DNA from: Bugula neritina
Taxonomy: Eukaryota > Animalia > Bryozoa
Length of the DNA: 64,000 bases
Assembly: GCA_964035545.1 (NCBI GenBank)
Contig: OZ037765.1
Span: 5,590,698-5,654,697, forward strand
Direction of reading: 5' to 3'
In this document: one piece after another, positions 11,523 through 30,800 of the stretch
How positions within the stretch are numbered: the stretch's first letter is position 1
Layout: each line of letters starts with the position of its first letter
Translations under genes and position numbers: made by a program
Notes under the pieces: model-generated
What the model saw: the letters and a program-made list of their open reading frames with translations, nothing else
The model's database searches: none
What the model was told of the DNA's origin: nothing

Positions 11523-14407
11523 ATGATGGATACTGGCAGCTTACCTACTCCCTTTGTAGCCAACGTGATTTTGTCTAGCATTTCAAGTTTGATTCTGTTT
11601 TATATCATACCTGAATTTAAGGATATGTTCATCAATGCTGGGCTGTTTGGGATTGATATGAATAAAGTTGGCAATAGGCATAGTAACCGAGAGAATAAAA
11701 GCACCAGCCAAGATTTGGTGAAGCCAAAACTGTAAGTCAAGTTTTGAAAAAAATTAACTTAATTGTAGTAATTAAATCTAACTTTATAAATAATTTTATT
11801 TAGCTAGTGTGTATTTATATTCATATTGACAATCTAAATTATTAGATCGTTGCGATTAAACAATAAATGATGATGAGATAAGCATAAAATTATTATTACT
11901 GTTAGCATTAGTAGCTTTATTTTATGGCGAAATTAATTTCGGGTTCCAAACTGCTTCGGCTAACTGCACTGCCATTAGTTGGTTAAAGATGTTTTGTACA
12001 ATTAACAAATTTTTCGAGTGGAAACTTTTAGTGACCATGATTCTATAAAATGATTTTTATCAATTTATGAAGCTCTACAAATCTGCTGCTTGTGAAAACT
12101 CTAACATACACTAACACTTTACTTCCAGTCCAGAAGCTCAAGGAGTGCTATCTGGAGCTGTATATCTGATAGTAGTGTTTGTATTTATTCCATTTCGGTT
12201 TCCATTTCTTGATCATCTGAATTCCGAACATAATTTCCCCCATCATGAGGTGAGTTTCTGTTTTTAAAGCCTACTTGATTTGCTTATTATATTTATAAAG
12301 TGTAATAAGTGACAATATTGTTTTTTGGTTGAAGTTTGTAGACTACTTAGCAGCATTGCTATCAATGTGCTGCATGTTGTTCCTTGGTTTTGCCGATGAT
12401 GTGTTGAATTTAAAATGGCGGCACAAGTTGTGGCTTCCTACTATGGCTTCGCTTCCTCTACTTATGGTGTATTACATAAACTTTGGACACACGTTAATTA
12501 TAGTGCCAAAACCATTTCGAGAGTTTCTGGGCACAAGTGTAGACTTGGGTGAGTTGCTTTTTGATCTAGTCAAAATATCATGACTAATATATTTCTACTA
12601 AAAGATGGAACATCTGGAGGATAATTAATTTTGATAAAAAAAATTTATATTCTTATGACGAAAATAAACTATTATTCATTATATACATCAATTAATTCAT
12701 GTATATGATCTTTTAGGTATAATATACTATTTATATATGGGGATGATGGCTGTTTTCTGCACCAACGCCATAAATATACTGGCTGGAGTAAATGGTTTAG
12801 AGGCAGGCCAGACTCTAGTCATAGCTTGCAGTGTGATGTTCTTCAATGTATATCAGCTCATGTATGGTAGGAATTACATTATAATATTATGATGGCATAA
12901 GGGTTTTTGAACTTGTACTCCCATTGGCATAAATTCGAATTGGCTATTCGTTTTCTTTGCTATCCACATGTATGCTTTCATCTGTTTTAACTTTGGGACA
13001 CATTTTTGATTTGTTGATTTATTGCAAATGTGAAAACTAACTGAACGTATAATGAAACATTGAAAAATTTATTAAACAGTCACATGTTAACTGATAGCAC
13101 CACTTTGCATGTTGAGTTGAGTATTGGTCATTTGGTTTTATTTCTCTTGTAGGCAATACTCAAACTGAGGCTCACCTCTTCTCCTTGTATTTAATTATCC
13201 CGTATATCGCAGTCACTGTGCCCTTACTTTATTATAATTGGTATGTATGTTTCATTTCATAAAACTCAATATAAACTTTCACTTTATATTCCTTAATATG
13301 GAATTGTGTTGATATTTTATGAATTCACCTTCATCAAAGGACAGTCAACTGACAAAATGAAGTAAAAGAAACTTGTAGTCTTGATTTTATCAGAAAATAG
13401 TGCTTGCAGGCCACCACTTTTGTTTTTTTTTTACAAAAATTGTTCAAGGTGTGAAACAGGCTGCTCTATCACCTTCTATTTTATATTTTAGGTGTCCAGC
13501 CAGGGCATTTGTTGGAGATACATTTTGCTATTTCTCGGGAATGGCTTTCGCTGTTATTTCAATTCTAGGGCATTTCAGCAAAACTATGCTGCTTTTCTTC
13601 GTACCCCAAATCATCAATTTCTTATACTCTGCTCCACAGATATTTCATATTCTGCCATGTCCAAGGCACAGGTTGCCCAGGTGAGAGGTTTATGCATATG
13701 ATGAGCTATGTGAAACTCTGCCATTTTTAACATGATGTGCCGAAATATTTTTCTTGACTATCAATCTTTTTTTTATTGAATTTCAGTTGAATCAAATGAA
13801 TGTAAAGCCATTGTTTTACCTTCTTTTTTCTCCTACTTTGTAGTGTTAATCGTGAAACAGGACTTTTAGAGATGAGTAAAATGAAGACCAAATCTTCAGA
13901 TATAGGTCGTCTTGGGTGGGCAGTAATTAATATTTTAAGCCCTTTGGGACTTCTTAGCGTTGAAGAACTTCAGGAAAAGGGAGATAAATACATTCAATTC
14001 AACAATATGACTATCATCAATCTTGCCATTAAGTTTTGTGGCCCCATTTACGAGAGGAACTTATCACTAGTGCTCTTGTTTATTCAGGTAAGCTTTGCTA
14101 ATTTAAACTATTGCTTTGACTAAATTTTCATATTATAAACATTTTTCTCCCTACACAATAGGTCATGCGTGGTTATTGAATAGTTTAACGGAGAGCATTA
14201 TTATATCATCTACGGAATTGCATGTTTGTTACTGATAATTGCTAATAACATTTGAGTGCAAAATGAATATCCATGATTTTGTTAAAATGAGAAGCTATAA
14301 ATTTTTGTCAAGTGCATTATATATAATGGTTAATATTGTAGGTACTCTGCAGTGTGCTTGCTTTAGTTATTCGTCTCCATGTCGCCAAATACTTCTACGA
14401 TGAATAG
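11523..14407 (+). CDS. DPAGT1: UDP-GlcNAc:dolichyl-phosphate GlcNAc-1-phosphotransferase (GPT/ALG7), about 426 aa, 8 exons
   Basis: Exons 11523-11731, 12129-12249, 12335-12548, 12717-12866, 13153-13240, 13492-13680, 13844-14087, 14342-14407 (1281 nt). Motifs [53 protein letters not shown]. Confidence 0.96.
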
Positions 14408-15363
14408 GCTGACACCTCGCATTTGTACTGTTGAAATGACAATCACTCATGACTGCATTCACTCAACTGCTTTTCAATGTAGATTCTTAAAGTAGTGTCC
14501 ATATATTTTTGCATACATTATGGATAATTCTGTCAGCTCTGCCTCTGTGCTATTAGCTTTTTATTTCACTTTCACACCTATATGGTTGTAGTCCTGTACG
14601 GGTGACCGTTGCTATTAGCTTTTTATACCTCTTTATAAATAAAAATCTCAATGAGCTGCAATAAATATCATAAAATCACACTTTCTGTACCTTGTTGACA
14701 AATGCATTTTACACTGTATGTTTTCTGTAATTGCATGTCACTGCAGAAACCAAATAGGTAATAGGTGTTGAGATTTTGCTTTTGCTTCTATTATAAGTTG
14801 TGCTTTATAAACAAATTATCTATAAAAACTGCTAAATTAAATATTGAAACCTTTATCTAATGCCCTAAAACTCAACTAGAATGGCTTGTATAAAAACCCT
14901 TCCATTACAGTTTATAGCCTTGAAATTGAGATTCAAACTGACGACAAAGGCATCAATACCTCTTTGCTACCAAGATTAGATGTTATATCATCATTGATCA
15001 ACTTCCTCACTCAAATAGACTGTGATCCACACTATTTAACTTCACTAATTAGGCAAGCTGCGCACTGATCCACACAGTTTTGTACATAATCTGCATATAA
15101 ACTTGAAACAAATCAGATCTCTGTGTAAATATATTCGTATAAAATACAGTGGACAGCTTCTAAATACAGCAATAAACGTCCAAACTTATTCCAGTTTAGT
15201 CCAAACATATTCATGGTATACAACAACTATGTACATAATATATTAATATTGTAAAAAATTAGAAAATGACCCATGATGTGTAGATTGACTAGAATGTGTG
15301 ATTGTGGTCAGCGCACTTGGCAGCAGCGCCGCAGACCGCAAAGTCAGCATTGTATGAGTAATA

Positions 15364-20427
<5,064 letters not shown>

Positions 20428-20449
20428 GCTATTTTCAATCAGCCAATAA

Positions 20450-21200
20450 AGAGCTATAAGTATAAGTAAACATTGGGCAATGCTTAGTCAAAAATACAAA
20501 AGCAATTTAGCATTAGCATACACACTATACATGCATACATATTGGTATATTATTTAGTGTCACTATATCAGTATGCATTGTAATTTATATACATAATACA
20601 ATTACATGATTAGACATTTTATCAAGCAATAACAGAGAAATACTTACGTTGAATAAAACTTAGGAATAAAACTGGTACCTTTGAAATTGAATCAAAGGTA
20701 CAAGTTTTACTCTAAGTTATAAATTTTAATATAATCAGTATCACTATCAACATGATATTCAATTACTCATAGTCATACATTTACAGTGACTGTGAGTATG
20801 ATTATTACTATTAGTATTAGTATTAGCATGAGCATCACTATCCCTATCAGAGTATCAGTATCACTATGACTTATGTCTATGACTATGAGTATCACTCAGT
20901 ATGAGTATGAGAGTATCACTATCAGTATGAGTATCAGACATCGTGATCATAAGGATGATCAGTAGGACTAGTACTAGTAGTACTTAAGATTAGCTCAAGT
21001 TGAAGTTGAACTTGAAATTGATCAGTGTAAAACTAAAACTAAAGCTAAAAGCAAAAGTCTCCCTCTCAGTCTGAGTCTCTGTAACCTTACAGAATACAGA
21101 GATTTAATATAAATATGAATAAGCATCACTCAAAATGAAAAGCATGAAGTTTAACCACGCAGCACCACTTATTAGATTCAGTATCAGTATGACCATCAAC
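20450..21200. repeat. Degenerate hexamer-periodic tract in the CHEK1 5' region
   Basis: agtatcagtatcactatgact, agtatgagtatg, actattagtattagtattagc, aaaactaaaactaaagctaaaagc, agttgaagttgaacttga. Confidence 0.75.
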
Positions 21201-21239
21201 CTGATCATTCTGAGCACCAGTCAAACACGGTAAACTGCA

Positions 21240-21440
21240 AAACTACGGAAAACGACAGAGATGATGTATCAGCATTTAAAAGGGGTACGTTGGCGCGCTC
21301 CTTTTTGGCCAATCGATATTTGTATACTATATATATGTGGCCATATGGTTTCGGATTCACTGTCGGGCCACTTCAAGAAAGTTATTTGGCCGGAATTGTT
21401 GTTCGTACCACCCGAATACGAACTTATACGTTGAAATTGA
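21240..21440. promoter_or_regulatory. CHEK1 promoter (possibly shared with the divergent PHLDB gene)
   Basis: Locally CpG-rich. E2F-like TTGGCGCG at 21290-21297, CHR-like TTTAAA at 21275-21280, CCAAT at 21309-21313. Minus-strand donors at about 21090 (GTAAGG) and 20647 (GTAAGT) suggest non-coding 5' exons. Confidence 0.55.
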
Positions 21441-24400
21441 GATTTATCCTCTCATAAACTGTTGTACTTTTAATGCAATAATATTATAGTTTAGATTTTA
21501 GAGTTATATTCTTATATATTGGAGAACCATAAAACAAGAACTTGGTAACATGGTAATATGATGATAACCATAGATAATCTAATATCTTAAAGACATATTT
21601 TGCATTTATCTCTGAATAGACAAATCAATTGAATTGTTGTGCTTGACTCAAGTCCATGTAACAATCTTTTAATTCCTTTAGCAACTAGGCAAGCATGCAG
21701 TTGGCTTGAATTTGTTTATTAAGCCTACAAACTTGCCCATATTTAAGAAGCTATAACAAATTGATTGTTATAGCAATGTCTTTGTAAATATAATGACAAT
21801 TTTTCAAAATACAGAGGTATCCTTTATATAATATATGTATGATTTTTAATCATTTTGAATAGCACAAGACATCATATTTTAAGTTTAATAAAGCAACAGA
21901 TAAAAGTGGCCAGCTGTTGCAAAAATTTTTTTTTGCAAAATAATTGTACACAACTGCAGTAGGTCATCAAGAAGGATAATAAAAATAAAATCATCTTGGA
22001 TGCAGCGCATACTCTTAATAAGTTCTAAGCTAGTGTAGGAATGAAACATATATTCTGATTTGAAAGAAAATTCTTTCAATTTTTGGGCTGCATGCATGGC
22101 CATAAGTCGTCTTATTGAAAAAATACTTTTGTGTATTTTATTGCTGTGGCTGTTGCTTCTTTCAGGAAATGATCACCTGTGCATCAACATCTTCTACACT
22201 TTCATGGGCAATACTAGCTGATGGTGTATAACTCTTTTTAATGTTAATAAAATTCTGGTATAAACTTTTGTTGGTCTACTTAAAAAATCTTTGCCATCAG
22301 TGGTTCTCACAGAAATAGGAATGTTATATATTTGAGCTGCAAACTAGTAACAATTCAAAGAAAAGAGATTATCGACAACTAAATGTTCACAATCAATAAC
22401 TATACGAATAAATTAAACTCTTCTCAAGCTGTAACATACCAAATACATGCATACAAGAATTGTTTATATCACTCATGTGATGAATATTGATGATATTTCT
22501 ACGAGAAGCTTATGCAATCAGCTTAATTCTGTTTTAAACAACGAGAGCTAGGATGATTTTATTAGTTATACAGCCTTTTGATCATGGTTTGTATTAATTG
22601 CTGTAATATTAATTGTTTTAAATCTATTTAATCAAAAGTTAAAAAGACTGACAATTTAATTAGCACTGATGATTTTTTTAGATACAACCTTTCATTATCC
22701 TTAAATGCTCATGTGCCTTAGGTATATGCTCAGCACAAGTAATAATATGTTGTGCAGATATTATAGGTTTTCATTTATCGATCAGAGAAATTCCATATGC
22801 ATCTAACCTATAAGATGTATATGCCATTAAGGCAACTTTGATTAACCCAAAGAATTAAAAATATAAATCATGTAAACATAGGCAGTTCTTTTTTGCAAAT
22901 TCCTTCAAAAACGTAATATTATAATTCAAGTAAAAATGATATAATGATCTGTTGTTGGTGTAATCTGTAATACTATAAACAGGTATAGAATTGTGCGTGC
23001 ACAATAAATTATACAATCGGAAATATATTGCTGGTAATATATTACTGGATCATCCAACTTAATGTAGATTAATGTACATACTGATTTATTTATTGGCTAT
23101 AATTATTATAGAGTTACTATAGTGTATATTTATCATAATGTTAGTATTTACGCATACAATAATTCCTCAAAAACTCATTTCCATGTTATCTTTCTTTTCT
23201 ACATATGTAAGACCTGTAGCCTACCCATTTTCTCTGCAATTTTGGCAGTTTTTGCGCTACCAAAATTATACGCTGCGTTGATAAACTTTTTTTTAACCCA
23301 TTAATTAGGCAATGCAATTCAGTAACCTAGTGAACTTTTTAAATCTGTCTAGTTTAAGCTAAAATAAAGCTTAAATAAGTCACTAAAATATGATCTTGCA
23401 CGTGGAGTGTTGTTGGTGTAAGGATTGGGAGATGTTTCCAACATATGCAGCTTTAAATGCTGACCCCACAAACCTGCTGCAACTTATAAGGCTGTCTACT
23501 TGCATGTCATGTTGTGTTTGATACATGTTGCCACATGCAGGGGCCATGCATATCAAAGTCTTATAATTATTTATATACATACCATAACATTGCAGTCTTG
23601 CTAGAATAGGCTAAGTTCTAGGCACTGTGTATATTGAGCATCCTGTAGAATTCAAGCTATGTAGCTGAGTAAATCAATGATTATTGCTCACATCACTAAA
23701 AGGTTAGGTTCTTAGACTTGTATACAATTGATGACACAGTTTAAGCTATGGATACCTTTATAATGAGCTTTATACAAATCTAAAACCTAAACAGCACAAC
23801 AAGTTAACGTTTTATCAACAAAGTTTCTTATGACTGACTAATTAAAGACTAATTCCAAGCTTTTAATTGCTATGAAATTTCTAATGTAAAATTTTAACCC
23901 GTAACATAACCATGGACTGAGAATTTAGTGGATAAAGGTACCATCTTAAGCTAGTGCATGTCGAGGACACCATCAGCAAATGAGACATGTATGCACAAAA
24001 TTCATTATAAAACCATTTTGCTTGGACATACTACCCTGAAGTTGTATTTAACTGATAGCTAATATATAGTTGGTAACTTATATAAATACATTAAATTAGT
24101 GCATAAATGTAGCGTGTTGGAATTTTTTTGAAAGAAGTAAGTCTAGTAAAAAAAAACACATGCCCTGAGCTACTTGCATACCATTTTTTTTCAAATTTGA
24201 AATGTTACATCATATAGCTATAATTATGCAGTTTATAGAAAAGCAATCACAGCCCAAAAGCGGAGCATAATTATTCATGTGGGATAACCGCATGTAGTAA
24301 CTTTTGCACCCGTGCAGTTGGCATAATTACAAACAAAAACATACATCTTGGTTTTTTCTCTGATGTTGTGGCTATTATTGTTAGCATAGTTTTTGATACC

Positions 24401-25864
24401 CATATTGTGTCTGCCCCATTTTTCTAGCATTTGAAGGAGAAATAGCTTGTTGTTTGTAGATTTTTATCTCTCGATATTATTATTTCTTACAAAAGCTTTT
24501 CAACCACATATGTTTGCTGATCTGTATCTTATAGACTACACTATATAATATTTATGATAAATTATGACTTCAGCGTGTTTCATTAGTTCTATCTTGATTT
24601 CATATCAAATTTCAAAGCTCCCCTTTGTAAAATCCACAAGTAAATTAAAAATATATCTATATTTTTCATCTGTCATATTAAATCTGTGCACAAAGATGCT
24701 ATTTCATAATGATGTTTGCGTTGATGAGATTTCTTCACAGTTTTGCTCCATCATTTTGAATATTATGTTTTATTAGTACCTTATGATGGGCTTTGGACTT
24801 AGCACCTCTGTTTATCAAAGAACTTGATAATACTTTTCCTGTTTAATTTTTATTGCAACAAAATCTCAACACAATTTTAGATAACCTTCAGTACACCTTT
24901 GCACTTACTACTACAATGACTTCATTGTATAAAAAGCAGATAATAAGCCTAAGATCGAGAGATCTTACAGCAAGCTTGATAAAATATTATCTAGTGGGTT
25001 GATAAGTAAAGACCTGTGATTATTTTGGTATTTCCTATGTTTGGTTTGGTATCAGTTGATATTGTTTAATGTTCGCCTCCTTTGCGCAGCATCGGAGTGA
25101 GTCATAGTGATAGCGACCCCAGTTTGTACCCAACAAATTCTTAAACAATAAGATGCGATACTGAACGCTGCATCTAGTTAGACTTCTTACGTCAGATTAA
25201 GTATGATAAGCATATCGAGTTACATCAATTTCCATGTAAGAATGTGGTATACAGCGTGAAGGTAAGCTGTCACGTGTTACTAATACTATAATAGTTGTAC
25301 ATGAAAAGTTGACATAAGTCATAAACTTACTGCCTGATGATCATTGTCAAAGGAAGTCGTCTATTTATTTAGACTGATCAGTGGGCAGATCGGAAGAAGC
25401 ACATTATCAGTTAGTAAGTTACTAGAACATAACTGAGTACAGGTGTATAGTAGCTCACTGTAGTAGCATATGATACTAACAGCAGTCAACAAAGTATATC
25501 TTCAAGTTGTTTAACATACTCTTAGAGAACTAGAAAAGGAAGTTTACTTAAAGGTAAGTGAACTAAACTTTGATTTTTCACTGTTGTAATAGGCACCAAT
25601 AGCAACCTACTATAAGGCGCAGATTGATTTAATTTGGTGTGAGATATGTGAAGAGTTGCAGTTTATTTTTAACATAGCCCTAGATTTATGGCAAACTTGC
25701 AGTATGAAAAATTGGCTGATAATTTAATAAAACAACCAGATTTTCCAAGCCTATGAGTCAAAGCAAAAACACAAACACAAGCTAAAAAATAAATAACTTT
25801 TCACTTTGCACCCCATATTTTGACAAACAAGCTTTGGGAGTATATCGATGGAATTTTATTAATA

Positions 25865-26040
25865 GTATATTGTACTACATAATATAATATAATAATAATT
25901 TATTGTTCTATATAATATAATATAATATAACCTTATATTGTACTATATAATATAGTATAGTATATTATAGGCTATACACTGTATAATATAAAATATTGTG
26001 CTCTATAATATAATATGTTGTACTATATATAATATATATT
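25865..26040. repeat. AT-rich (TATAA)n-like low-complexity tract
   Basis: Degenerate tataa pentamers with recurring ttgtactata. Confidence 0.7.
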
Positions 26041-26649
26041 TATCCATTTCTATAACCAATCTTATGATGGTGTGAGACTATAAAGACAAAACCTTTTATT
26101 CTTGGTAAAATATTAGGTTCAAGACTCCAAAAGGTTGTTGGTTCTGAAAACTTAATATGTTATATTATTGCTCATTTCATATTTCTAGCTGTTAAAACTG
26201 AGATATTTATAGGTTTAGTTAATATCTAACACTCAGTCTTGGGCACAGAGACTGATACCTTCAAACTCCCTCCAAACCAAGAGACATAAATGTAACATAA
26301 GAAACAAAGCTGAGCTATCATTACACTTTTTTTGCTATTAATCAGTAACTTCTGTAGCTAAACCTACACTGCTTATACTATTATGCTTTATCATTTGCTG
26401 CCATGGGTAAACAATACACAAGATATCAAATTATCACTTTAAGCATTGCTTTTTCTAACTCATAGAAACCATGCTGAGCAGGTATGTGTCATTCAGCAGT
26501 TGTAAGTATAATACACATAAATAGCCAACAGCCGATATAAAGCATCATGGACTACAGAATACTGATCATTATATCTCTACCAGATAGTATCAGTTAGCCA
26601 ACCCTGGCACGCTCAGTCTAGAATACTTGTAGTGATGCTGCCAACTGTT

Positions 26650-26662
26650 TGCTGAGTCAGCA
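26650..26662. promoter_or_regulatory. Perfect T-MARE (Maf/CNC/AP-1 element)
   Basis: TGCTGAGTCAGCA is an exact 13-bp consensus, inside a GC-richer patch upstream of the PHLDB coding exons. Confidence 0.5.
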
Positions 26663-27845
26663 GAAGTCATCGGCAGCAGGGCAGCAGAGGCTGTTGAGAC
26701 AAAGCATGCCTTCATAGCAGCCTACACTTTCATCTGCTGTGTGAAGGGCAGTAAAAAGCTCTTTGTATTCTAATAACCTTTGTTGCTCAATTAACTAGAA
26801 CATCTTGGCAAATGAGCTGTGGCCTATAGACATAGCTAAACTTAAGTTTATTCATTTATACATAAATTCTAAAATTTTTCTATGTAACATGGAGGGGCCT
26901 ATCAGTTGGAGATGCTAAATCATGAGAATAGAAAAGTTTATGAATTACTTAACAGTTATGTGGTTATTTATGATTTTTAGTGTAGTTTTTTTTTGTAAAG
27001 TTTTCCTTGGCTGGGAAATAAATAAAGGGAAAGTTCTAGCTAGGATGCTAAGCCATAGAGGTTGTTTCGGGACATAATATTTATTCATTCTTTGTGCTGT
27101 ATATGCTAAGATGTAGTATTTGTGTAGCTTAATTCTCTAGTTATTTGTTGTAGAAATAACAAGTTCAGTTTGCTGGCAGATAAATTCTTATGCTTTAATT
27201 ATTTGCTAAAAGTCTTCAGGCCCTGGCTTTAAAAAGTATCAATGGCCTGCATCTACTTTAGGCATTTAAATTAGGGAAATGGAAATTTGCAATTTTGATT
27301 TATTCTACATTAGTAAATATTAACCAGATAAATGGTTGAATCACCCAGTATATTGGGTTATTTACATGCAAAGCCCAAATATTGTACACAATATAATCAT
27401 TATATCATGTAGTTTGTTATGGTAACTGCAAAAACATGAAGAAATTGAAAAAATATGCATTTCCATGCCAACAAGGATTAATGAAGCAATAGCAAAATAA
27501 ATGTTACTCAACAACAAAAAATTTTATCTGTCATATAAATTATAATAATTATTTAGTGTAGACATGAGAAAGTGTATAGTAATGAGAGTCACAGCTGGTT
27601 TGAGTGGCATAGAAGGAGGTGGTGTGTAGAGGCTCACTCACTCTCAGTGGCTGTTAGAAGGGTCAGCAAGCTTTCCAGTGGCAGCACACTGTCTTTGCTG
27701 TCGTATTTTTAGTTTTCATTCATTTGATGAAGCTGATAAGCTTAAAAGTCAGTTCTCATTAAAAAGATAAATTAGACTCAATATGTCAATTTTGTTTACT
27801 TTTAAACCTATTTTGTCTTCCAGTTTTCCATTGGATAATGTAACA

Positions 27846-30800
27846 ATGCTTAACATGGAGCTAACAAGAAAAGATCTCAACTCTAACATTCAATTTCAAC
27901 CAAGACCTAAGGTAAATACCACATCTTCATATTGTATTGGGTCATTAGCAGTCTATTGTTATATAATATCTGTAGACTCAAGTTAAATATATCTCATTAG
28001 ATTAAATCCTTGGAACTAAGGCATTTCAAACAAGGGAATAACATTTTAGTCAAAGTACATTTTTGGACAAGACAACATTTATATAAGTGCACACATTGGT
28101 TTTACTATGTATATATAGAGAGGAAGATGGTTTCCTTTTTGTATGATATCAGATGGCATTGCGCCAGTAGTGTATAGTATAGGCTACACAGCATTTACTT
28201 CTTAGTATAGTCATCTATAGTTATGGTATTGTTGCAGCTGTAGAAACTGGCTGTAACTTCTATAACTAGATGGTGTAGGACTGTAGGTAGTAGCATGCTG
28301 GGGAATTACAGTAGGTTCATGAGTGTAGAATTTAACACATACAGTACAAAACACTGTTCACTTGCTACTAATATCTTTTTAAATCACTTTAGTATACAAA
28401 CTGTTTGATTTAATGTAGTCATTGGCTTATGGTAAAGTAACATATCATGCTCAGGTAGTGTGCAATAATTGTATAGTTTATTTTGGAGTTAGCAGAGGAT
28501 TGTGGTTAGATCTGGAGAAACATTAGCCTATATACTAAATTTTTTTATGTTCTTCAAGTTTCGAAAAGTTGAGAAATACAAACTTTTAAATTCACACTTT
28601 CCAACAAATTATTCCGTCATATTCTGTCACTCGACATTAGCAAAATTAGTGGCTATATTTAATAAGGTCATCTGTTGACCTATAATAAAACTTGTTTAGT
28701 GGGAGTTGTCCTATATTTTCCAACAATGTTTTGTACTGTCATATTTTATTTCAGCAAGCTTATGGAAAACAAAGTAGATTTCTCAAAACTTTTTAGCACA
28801 CTAGAGTTTTTTATTCCAAGTCTGTTGTATTACGCTTCACTAAACATGATATAGTATAAAAGATATAAGCAGCAGTTTAAAAACTTCCCACGCCATTTTT
28901 TAGTCTCTAATGTGTACAAACATTATTTTATACAGCAGGAAAGAAGGAAATCTCTAACAGTTGATTTGGATAATGAGGTATAACTTTAACCTTTTGTGTT
29001 TCTTTTTCATTTCTGCATGCATCCCTTTATTTAAATGTCAGCAACGCTGTACACTTTCATATGCTCCAATTTTCACTTGTGTCACTACAGCTGTGAACAA
29101 AGACAATGAACTAAATAATCTATCATCTCTCCTGGCATCAGCTGTTTCTACAGTTTACACAAACTCTACTGCCTGTTTGTTTCATAGACCAATGCATGCG
29201 TCTGTATGTAGCAGATGTTGTCAAAAGTAGCTGTCGAGTGCAAGAGTCAGCATAGTAATTATGCTGACAGTATTCTGAAGAGATTTGTATCAAGATGATG
29301 CTTTGTTGTTCTGTATTTTCGGCTCAGCGTTTAATCTTATCACATCTCCCAGTAGGAAGTCTCGCTAACTTCATACAGTTATAAGGTCTGTTGCAACTTG
29401 GCTTTACAATACTCACTATATACTCTAATCTATTATGATTTCGATAAAAACTAGTAAAATAGGTTTGGGTAAGCATTTAAGATCACAAAAAAGGAGTCGT
29501 GTAGCTCGAGCTATCAGCAGTTTAGCAGTCTGTAGCATATGCAGCATGGATAAGCGTAGCAGTGTGGCATCTTTGAATGAGGTTTGATATAATATATGTT
29601 TTACATTTAGTTTATGGTTTGTTTGAGGTGAATGCTTCTTTGTTCAACATTGAGATCACAGGAAATAGTTAAGGGATCCCACACTGTTTCTATATATTTA
29701 TTGGTTACTATGGTTTCACTTTCTTTGGCATGTATAACAGTAGCTAGTAGTAACATCCTGTAAAAGATAAATGTATGTATGCTTATAGTTTCTTTGCTGT
29801 CCAATACATTTACATTATTATCTTAAGTAATTTACTGATTACCACCCAAACTTAGGCTATTGTTATGTTTAACTCTCATGCTACAATCGTCGTATAATAC
29901 TTCAATCATCATGTCATCTTTTGATTGGTGCTTAGAAATAAAGTAAATGACAGTACACCAATTTTTGTCATGGATAAGTAATACAATATGAAGTGGATTT
30001 ATGGGTAGCAGTCATATTATTGGTGTAACTAAAAAGTTAATTCAACACTTAACAAGAGAACACAGTACATTAAAGCAGTTTTTAATTGTTTAAGTTTTAA
30101 AATTTCATTTTGAAGACAATAAAAGCTGGTAGAGATTGAAATAACACTTTACATGCTACTTCAGAAGAGTGGATGAGTTTTGTTTCTGTTTGTATGGCCA
30201 GGCCCAGTCAATAAAAGCTAATAGATTTCCCATTGGCCCAGGGCTGGGTAACACCTTTAGGCCGCTGCTGCTTTGTAAAGGGTGTGATTCTGGGCTTTGG
30301 ACAACATCTCTAGTCCTTGTGCTGCTGCTTCCAACAGCTACATAAAACTCTGCAAACCTGCATCTGCACTTAATCATACAAAGCAGCAAAATTTCTTGTT
30401 AAAACATCTTGTGTTTGTAAGTTTCAGTAGCTATTCAAGTGGTGCTCTTTCTATTTAAAGTTTTTCAACCATTTTATTTACTGAATTGCATGTTTTTTCT
30501 CCTTTCCTATATTATATTCCAATTATGTTACATACAGTTTAGAAAAAGAAGTTGTTTAGTATTTTTATATTCATAAATTGGTTGTGTTTAAAATATTTTA
30601 TTGTATAAACTTTGTCTGAATTGTTACTAAAAGGAATAAAGAAAGACTTCTACTTTCTGCTCAAACAATTTAGCCATCGGCACTATAGTGTTCGACACAA
30701 GTACAGATAAAAAAAGTTACTTTTAGTATCTCTAGAGTGTTTTATGAAACAACAGAAAAGTTCTAGCTGATACAGTTTTCAGCTACATTTTACTTGACAA

